From positions 5,270,001-5,334,000 of the forward strand of contig OX597824.1 in NCBI GenBank assembly GCA_951406725.2: 64,000 bases of DNA. Direction: 5' to 3'. Origin of the DNA: Octopus vulgaris. Lineage: Eukaryota. The position numbers and the translations under genes are program-made. The notes under the pieces are model-generated. The model made no database searches and was not told the DNA's origin. It was given only the letters and a program-made list of their open reading frames with translations. How positions within the stretch are numbered: the first letter of the stretch is position 1; each line of letters begins with the position of its first letter. Of this stretch, positions 55,020 to 64,000 are shown piece by piece.

Positions 55020-55357
55020 CGGTGTACAACGGATGAATGTCTTCAGAGTCGCTCGACTTGAGACGAATAGAAACGCAATCTTCTTGAAATAAATCCTGTT
55101 GTCTTATAAAACAGCAGGAGACGCTGGACAGTAAGGTCCTTTGCATATAAAGTAGCGTTGATCATGGCTGGAACGCCGCTCTTCGATCTCTTCGATCAGA
55201 GAAAAAAGAAAACATCAACACCATCAACGACAGCAACAACTACTAATACTTTATATTTTTGTTTGCTTTTATTTTAGTTTTTTGTCTCTGACTTCCTGTT
55301 GGTTTTTTTTCATTTTATTCTTTAGTATTTGTCACTTACCAATATTATCTCCGCTGG

Positions 55358-55862
55358 CATCATCATCATCATTGTCGTCATCATCGTCATCATCATCATT
55401 ATAATCATCATCATCGTCATCATCATCGTCATCATCATCATCTTCGTCGACGTCGTTGCCGTCGCCGACTTTTTCTTCTTCTTCTTTTTCTTTTCCTCCT
55501 TCTCCTCCTCTTCTTCTTCTTCCTCGTTCCTCCTCCTCCTCTTCTTAAACATCTTATTTTCCTCCTCTTGATCCCCCTCCCCTCCTCCTCCTTCTCTCTC
55601 CTCCTCCTCCTCCTCTTCTTCTTCTTCTTTTCCCCTTCTTCTTCTTCTTCTTCTTTTCCCCTTCTTCTTCTTCTTTTCCCCTTCTTCTTCTTCTTCTTCT
55701 TCTTCTTTCCCCCTTCTTCTTCTTTTCCCCTTCTTCTTCTCCTTCTTCTTCTTCTTCTTCTTCTTCTTCTTCTTCTTCTTTTCTTCTTCTTCTTCTTCTT
55801 CTTCTTCTTCTTCTTCTTCTTCTCCTTCTTCCTTTCCTTCTTCTTCTGTCCCCGTCTTCTTC
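55358..55862. repeat. (CAT)n then (CTT/CCT)n polypyrimidine tract
   Basis: Seen directly. Confidence 0.95.
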
Positions 55863-56650
55863 GATCCAATTGTCCATCTACTCCAGACGAAACATCAACA
55901 TCATGGAAGTCTCTATATGCTAGTACGGCACATTAATTTCATCAATCTTCAAAGCGTTTTCCGATATTCTAACTTCAGTTCACGTCCTTGTCTAATACAA
56001 GACCGCACGCTAAGCACCGAAGCGTGCCTCCTCCTAGCTACCTGATTATTTAACTTGCCACAATGGTAAACTCAAATATATTGATTAAGAGCTTGGAGTA
56101 TTGATGTGAATTATAAAGTAGCAAAAAAGGGGAATGTTTAAGAAGTCGTTTCGTTAACACACTTCAATGGGTTGAAAATTAAATATCAGTCTGTCAAATT
56201 TTTGTATGAATACGTTACAATCCGCCAAGAAACACAATTGTTTCGTTTGTATCATGTGAAAATAATTTGGTGAATTCTAGGAAGGAAACGGAAGCAAATT
56301 TGTGATCTTTGTATGTAGACGTCAGCAAACTTCGACAGCCAAAGGAGTTTAGAGACCGGGAGACCGGGAAAGACGGAATCTAATTACATTATAAACAACC
56401 AATGGTTTTCAATTATAAGTTATATACAGAGAGGAGGATGTTTGAAGTGTCCAATAATACTTGAAAGCAAAATGAGAAAATAAATGGTTTCAGGTTTGGT
56501 CTTGCATAAGAATAAAATAAAATAATCATAAACACAATAAAGAAAAAAGAAATCAAAGACGTCATTTAAGTGAATGTTTTGGAACATGGTTCGAAAACTC
56601 GCAGACCACATCTCACTTTTATATTGCGTCTATTTTTCTCGAGCTGTTCT

Positions 56651-56860
56651 TTTATTCTTTCATTTGTTTCAGTCATTTTGACTGTGGCCATGCTGGAGTA
56701 CCACCTTTAGTCGAACAAATCGACCCCGGGACTTATGCTTTGTAAGCCTGGTACTTATTCTATCGCCCTCATTTGCCGAAGTGCTAAGTTACGCGGGACG
56801 TAATTACACCAACATCGGTTGTCAAGCGCTGGTAGGGGACAAAAACACACACAGATACAT
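56651..56860 (-). mobile_element. SINE family A, 3' half
   Basis: Homology to the family A tail. Confidence 0.75.
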
Positions 56861-56877
56861 ACATGCATACATATACA

Positions 56878-56911
<34 letters not shown>

Positions 56912-57320
56912 TATATGAATTTGTGTTCATTTAAACACAAAGAGGCGAGCCTTAAAAGGTCTCCTTACATACTAGAAGGCACAGTCAAAAAGTCCAAACC
57001 ACAATAAAGAGCAATTTCGAAGAGAATGAAAAATAAAAACATTTACCATGTCTTACAACCGAACCTTAGGTTTCGAAATTTAATTAGCAAATAAAATTAT
57101 TTGCAAGGCGAAGTTCTCTTCAGCGGATACGCCAAAACATTAACATATAAATTAGGTAAAATACTCCGCGCATGAGCAATTTCAATCGGCAGCAAATAGA
57201 AATTCCGATTTAATTTCAGAAATTGCTAAAATCATTTCTTAAAATTAATACAAGGTAGGAAATGTTTTCTACCAGTGGCATAGTATGTATACAAAGTCAA
57301 CAGACATATTTTTCGTATAA

Positions 57321-57355
<35 letters not shown>

Positions 57356-57356
57356 C

Positions 57357-57510
<154 letters not shown>

Positions 57511-57523
57511 ATGTATGTATGTG

Positions 57524-57572
<49 letters not shown>

Positions 57573-58149
57573 CACACGCACCATATCTTAAAATGTGACA
57601 ACTATGCGTCACTCTAGTTACCTCTAGCAGTCTATTTTATTACTGTCTGGAATAGTTACGAGGTCTAATAAATTTCCTTTGTGATACGTGTCTTTACACC
57701 TCTTCAACGCAAAAGATATCATTTATATCTCCCTAACATAAACATCTCTGTCATTCTGTTCAACATTAAAGTGATTACTGCATATGCCTAATACAGTAAA
57801 TTTCTTTCTGATCGGGCGCATGCATCTATTGATATTACCTACTTTTTCTCACTTTTGGTTCCTGTTGACACAACCCGCAGCGACATAAATTCCTGATAAC
57901 ATTATTTATGTCGTACCACATCTTTTCTTTCAGAAATATATGCCGTCTGGTCGATACTCTAGTATACATATAAATGATAGATTAATTGCATCTTATAACG
58001 ATTCGAATTTTAAGAACGACATACCAACTTAGTATTTGTTACTAGCTCTATAAATTTGTCAAAGAACTTAAGCTAACCCTTCCCTGATCTCAAATCCCAA
58101 CGTTTCTGAATATCTTCTCTTGCCAACACCAGAATCGGGATTGCGTACA

Positions 58150-58975
58150 AGATCTTGGCTCTACCGTCACCTACAAACAATCCCTTGATGCCGAGTTGAA
58201 TATACGCATTGGCAAGGCAGCTGCTGTGATGGCCCAACTTTCCAAACGGGCATGGGACAACAATAAGCTGACCAAGACCACAAAAATGAAGATTTACCAG
58301 GCATGGGTACTTAGCACTCTACTGTATGGAAGTGAGACTTGGACGCCATACACACGCCAAGAGCGTCGCCTAAATATCTTTCACCTGCGCTGCCTCCGGA
58401 AAAATCCTTGGCATCAAATGGCAGAATCATGTCCCCAACAAAGGTGTTCCCAAGCAAGCAGGAATACCAAGCATGTTTGCACTCCTCACACAAAGACGTA
58501 TGAGATGGCTTGGGCATGTTAGCCGTTTGAAAGATGGCAGAATCCCCAAGGACATACTCTACGGAGAGCTTGCTAGGGGCAGTAGGTCTGTGGGAAGACC
58601 GTTCTTACGATACAAGGATGTTTGCAAAAGGGACATGAAGGCCTGCGGCATCAATATTAGCATCTGGGAAGCAGTTGCCAGCAACCGTGGAGATTGGCGA
58701 CGTACCGTAAAAGAGGGAACACGGAGGTGTGATAGAGAGAGAGTGAGAGAGAGGAGAAATGGAAAGACAAGAAAAGACGTCAACAAGAAAGTATGACATT
58801 ACAACCAGCCAGGCAAAATCTTCGCTACATTTGCGGCACCTGCCAGAGGGAGTGTTTGTCCAGGATAGGACTACACAGCCACAGCAGGAGATGTATTAGG
58901 ACATGAAATGTAAAAACCGGACTAGATTATTTTATGCGCAACTCCATTGTCTCCCTAGACAAAAAGGAAGCCAGC
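58150..58975 (+). mobile_element. 5'-truncated RTE-clade LINE (RT C-terminus), frameshifted
   Basis: LGSTVT..SLDAELNIRIGKAAAVM..LSTLLYGSETWT..RMRWLGHVSRLKDGRIPKDILYGEL..GRPFLRYKD..CGTCQRECLSRIGLHSHSRRC. Confidence 0.88.
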
Positions 58976-58976
58976 A

Positions 58977-59036
<60 letters not shown>

Positions 59037-59037
59037 G

Positions 59038-59420
59038 TCGTGGCACTCCGTCGGATACGACGACGGGGGTTCCAGCTGATCCGATCAACGGAACAGCCTC
59101 TTCCTAAAATTAATGTGCAAGTAGCTGAGCACTCCACAGACACGTGTACCCTTAACAAAGTTCTTGGGGAGATTCAGCATGACAGAGAGTGTGACAAGGC
59201 TGACCCTTTGAAATACAGGTACAACAGAAACAGGAAGAAAGAGTGAGAGAAAGTTGTGGTGAAAGAGTACAGCAGGGTTCACCACCACCCTCTACTGGAG
59301 CGTCGAGGAAATGTAGGTGTTTTGGCTCAATAAACATTCTCAATGCTCGGTCTGGGAATCGAAACCGCTATCCTACGACCTCGAGTCCGCTGCCTTAACC
59401 ACCAGGCTATTGCGCCTCCA
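59038..59420 (-). mobile_element. SINE family C, full length
   Basis: Head GGAGGCGCAATAGCCTGGTGGTTAAGGCAGCGGACTC..GGTTTCGATTCCC; homologous to 11587-11885. Confidence 0.8.
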
Positions 59421-59751
59421 CATATTTATGTACAGTTTGAATGAACGATGAGTAAACAAATAGTTGACGTATCAGATACGTCATTGCGTGCAGAATGAAG
59501 CAGCTGGTATGTGAACATCATATTTTTTTCTGGTTCCTTTTGAAATAAGTTCTCCTTTGGCTCCGAAATAATAGCGTTAATACATATCGATCTTTAATTC
59601 GCAGCATTATACCGTCGTGGGAGTTGAACGTAACAGGAAATCAAAGTCCCAAGTTTCCATGGTGATATCTCGTGCTTTCATCACGCACACACACAGACAC
59701 ACACGCGCGCGCGCACGCAACACCCACATATATATAAATAATTCGCAATTA

Positions 59752-59794
<43 letters not shown>

Positions 59795-60080
59795 AACATT
59801 CGTAAAAACATACATACATGTGTGTAATTATCAGTTTAATAAAAAAATAAGGTAACATTTTAATGTCCAAAAGTTGATGAACCACCTATTGTTCTCCATT
59901 TTCTTCTTGGCTATATATATATATATATATACAAAAAGCAATAAAGATTCAAGTTAATTTAAATGAATTTACTTGAATATGGTACCTAACTTAGATGCAC
60001 CAAAAAAAACTATACTGATTTAACAATACAGTAATGTGGGGTGATTATAAGCGAGAATGAAGCAACAAGAATGGATAGGT

Positions 60081-60171
60081 TTTTAGTACGATCGTTTCAT
60101 ACAAGGACAGGTTTTATTAAAAGTTGCAAAAATTACAGCATATAAACATGTCCCGTACTCATCAGCTAAAA
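60081..60171 (-). ncRNA. Type I hammerhead ribozyme (mirror copy in left palindrome arm)
   Basis: Reverse complement of 61216-61306. Confidence 0.82.
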
Positions 60172-61215
60172 TACATGTGAGTTCTCTAGACATCCTAGTG
60201 GTTGAGGCTATACTCATGAAGTAATGTAGATAATTAAATAACATAAACAGATTTCAAAAGTTCATTAAAGTTCCTTAAAGATGATTTACAGTCTTATTAC
60301 AGAATTTCAAAAAAGTCTTAATAGCATCACAGAATTTCAAAAAAGTCTTAATAGCATCACAGAGAAGGTGACCCGATCCACAGTGCACATATGAATTTCC
60401 AGAGATATGATGAGGGGTTACATACTCACAGAAAGCAAATTTATCCATTGTCAATTATAACGAGGTGGGTTTCAATTCCTGCTTATTAGCATTACAGAGA
60501 GGGTGAGTTAATCCTTTGTATAGATGCACAATTTCCAATGGTGTAGGTGTAAATTTCAAGGAATTTCATATTCACCGGCGATAAATTTATCAATGGTTGA
60601 ACACAATGAGGTAGGTATCAAATCTTGCTATATGAATAGGTATTTGTCACATTAATCAGATTACTGCTATTTACAAGAGGCTGTAGCTATTTTCAAAATA
60701 GCTACAGCCTCTTGTAAATAGCAGTAATCTGATTAATGTGACAAATACCTATTCATATAGCAAGATTTGATACCTACCTCATTGTGTTCAACCATTGATA
60801 AATTTATCGCCGGTGAATATGAAATTCCTTGAAATTTACACCTACACCATTGGAAATTGTGCATCTATACAAAGGATTAACTCACCCTCTCTGTAATGCT
60901 AATAAGCAGGAATTGAAACCCACCTCGTTATAATTGACAATGGATAAATTTGCTTTCTGTGAGTATGTAACCCCTCATCATATCTCTGGAAATTCATATG
61001 TGCACTGTGGATCGGGTCACCTTCTCTGTGATGCTATTAAGACTTTTTGAAATTCTGTGATGCTATTAAGACTTTTTTGAAATTCTGTAATAAGACTGTA
61101 AATCATCTTTAAGGAACTTTAATGAACTTTTGAAATCTGTTTATGTTATTTAATTATCTACATTACTTCATGAGTATAGCCTCAACCACTAGGATGTCTA
61201 GAGAACTCACATGTA

Positions 61216-61306
61216 TTTTAGCTGATGAGTACGGGACATGTTTATATGCTGTAATTTTTGCAACTTTTAATAAAACCTGTCCTTGTATGAAACGATCGTA
61301 CTAAAA
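61216..61306 (+). ncRNA. Type I hammerhead ribozyme
   Basis: Stem I TTTTAG/CTAAAA; core CTGATGA (61222-61228); stem II GTACGGGACA...TGTCCTTGTAT; GAAA (61289-61292); short palindromic stem III ACGATCGT; GUA cleavage triplet with predicted cut after 61300. Confidence 0.82.
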
Positions 61307-61774
61307 ACCTATCCATTCTTGTTGCTTCATTCTCGCGTATATATATATATATATATATATGCATGTATGTAGGCATATATGTAGTTATGTATGTATGTAT
61401 GTATGTATGTATGTATGTATGTATCTGTCTGTCTATCTGTCTATGTATGTATGTATGTATGTATGTATCTATCTATCTATCTATCTTTCTACTGCACTTG
61501 TGTAAGGAGTGTGTAGAAGTGAAATAAAAGGAAGATAGATTGGTAAATATTGCAAACGAGTAAGAGTGAAAGAGAGAGAGAAAGAGAAAGTGAGAGAAAG
61601 AAAGAGCGTGAAAGTGAGGGAGAGAGAGAGAGAGAGTGAGTGAGTGAGAGAGAGAGGAAGAGAGATAAAATAAGTCGGAGTGAAAGAGAGAATGAGAGCT
61701 TTCTGATTTCTGAAATGAGTGAATACACGAGAGCCCATCCAGTTCTCCGTCATTCAATTAACAAAACGTAAATG

Positions 61775-61836
<62 letters not shown>

Positions 61837-62521
61837 TATAGATACACATACACAAACATATATACACACACACACACAATCACGCGTGCAACAATAAACC
61901 GTTTGTCCCTTCTCGTGACAGTTCCTCCATCGCTTCTGTTCCCTTCACTTTTCATTATCTCCCTCGTGGATGCTTGATAAACTTATTTATTCCCTTTCGA
62001 GCATCACGTTTTTTTTTTTAAACTCAGACACACATGCAAACACACAGACAATCACACGGACACACGGACACACATTAATACATACGTACACAATATTTGA
62101 AAATTAATCATTGAGATATTAACTAATTTGAACACTGGTTAATATCCCACTGATTAAGGCTAATATGGCTGTCATTATAATGACACCCCCGAGTTGAATG
62201 ATCAATACATAGTGTCAGAAATGATTCACTGCCGAAGTCTCTGTCTATTTCATAACTACGTTTTATTTGATGTATTATTATTAACCCCTTTCCTGCTAAT
62301 TCTGGAAAATGAAATATTATTGCCGCAATTTCGAAGGTAAAAATGATCTTCAGAAGTAAAGAAACACACAGTAATATATGTGTGCAAGACCTTTCCGCAC
62401 AATAAACGATCCTCATGCGCAGGCATCGCTTGAAAAAGAAAAAGTATTATGACCTGTCACAAAAATGGCTGATCGTTGCCTTCGAATGTGTGGGACTTTC
62501 GATCAGGCGATGGCAATACTC

Positions 62522-62584
<63 letters not shown>

Positions 62585-62667
62585 TAGATAGATAGATAGA
62601 TAGATATTTGTGTGTGTGTGTGTATATATATACATATGTATATATATGTATATATATCTACATATAC

Positions 62668-62737
<70 letters not shown>

Positions 62738-64000
62738 ATGTATAATCAGTGCAAATAACGAGAAAATATAATGAAAGAAGAGAACTTAGAATGTTTTTTG
62801 AAGAGAACTTGAAATGTTTTCAAAACCTGGTTGAGGGGTTTGTGATGAGAAATGTATAACGACTTTTTGGGGCAGAGTTAAAATGACGTATGTATGTATG
62901 TATGTATGTATGTATGTATGTATGTATGTATGTATGTATGTATGTATGTATACATACAGGAAGTTAGCAAGGAACGAGACCGGGAATCTCATTTACTTCC
63001 TGTTAAAGAACGAGACGGGTAATCTCGTGGACTTCCTGTTAAAAAGAGAAAAAGGAAAATCCAGAGTTTAGAATACAGCAACGGTATAGCGTGGATAGCA
63101 AAAAATTTACGAGTGAGCTGCATACGGATCAGACCGTTTACAACACAATTTGGAAAATCGAATACTGGGCATGACATTCCTTTCTTAAATGGTTGTTTCA
63201 AGCTGGGAATTCCTGCACAAAAGTCTTTATTGGATTGTGTCGTCGTAGCTGCTGCAGCAAAAGACAAGAAGACGATATAACATAAAAGCATGCTAAGTCA
63301 CTTGTCCTGTGGATTGTCCTCTCGAAATGTGGTTGCAAAATTCCATAACATCCCTAAAGTTGTTATTGCCTCTGTTGTGTTCATTATTTGTGCTTGGTGA
63401 TTGATAATGTTATATTCCTCAGTCAATCAGAAAATTCCCTAATTTGAACTATGATTGTACGTAGTGGACTTGTGCTAGAGACGCTATGCAATGTCGGTAG
63501 ATTCTTCCCTATGTTTCCTTTGCTAAATGTGTCTCAGGAGCGAAGTATGAGTGATGTGGAATTTACTTCGTGAGAGTTTTTGAAAATCACAAACGCTAGC
63601 GTAGACGGTTCGTAAATGGCTGGTCTTTTAATCCGAGGTAAGACGTAGTACGGATTTTTTTCATTTGTGGTGGCCTGATACAAGACACAGTTATTAATTC
63701 ATCGATTATCAAACGGACACAGCTCAGTGTTTCGAAAATTATGAACTGGTTTAATGAACTGTTCATTGATAACGTTATAAACTACCTGGCGAAATTATTT
63801 CTTCTTAATTAGCAAAAACTATCACAAAAACAAACTTGGAAAAAAATTCTATAAGAATTATATAAAAGCTAATTATTTTGTCATAAGAAAAATCATTTCG
63901 TTACATAACTACAAATCATTCGAAACTAGAAAAATAAGGAATTCCAGAGGTTTTAATTTGCGAGTAGGTGAAAGAATTAGCGTTAGTCAGTATGGTCACG

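Larger units (their letters stand above)
59932..61337 (-). mobile_element. Penelope-like element relic in fold-back (inverted) configuration, flanked by (TA)n
   Basis: Arms 60051-60693 and 60695-61336 are reverse complements (1-nt spacer, one homopolymer indel seen). Unpaired tail 59932-60050. Hammerhead fold in each arm. (TA)n on both sides. No RT/GIY-YIG coding sequence seen, so the PLE assignment rests on architecture. Confidence 0.7.

Overview
AT-rich, microsatellite-saturated eukaryotic non-coding DNA. The SINE families and repeat landscape look cephalopod (Octopus-like), which is an inference from recalled repeat sequences. Almost all ORFs in the supplied track are translations of simple repeats, and no host gene can be called confidently. 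The main intact object is a ~6.1 kb apparently full-length L1/Tx1-clade LINE at ~42517-48654 (+), sitting inside a (TATC)n tract. It has ORF1 with a CCHC knuckle and ORF2 with APE, RT and a Cys/His finger, broken only by a 1-nt deletion in an A6 run. Also present: three tRNA-derived SINE families, mariner/Tc1/hAT relics and MITEs, RTE and R4/Dong-like LINE 3' fragments, an ORF1-only relic and a Helitron 3' end. Two linked observations stand out. (1) Three (TA)n-flanked fold-back palindromes (up to ~1.29 kb); two carry type I hammerhead ribozyme folds in both arms, and further hammerhead-like relics occur elsewhere, consistent with Penelope-like elements. (2) A SINE whose 3' stem-loop tail matches the Tx1 LINE 3' end and which repeatedly joins older SINE copies at the same nucleotide. 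Different retroelement classes here each occupy a different microsatellite type. All calls are by eye; no database search or folding software was run.
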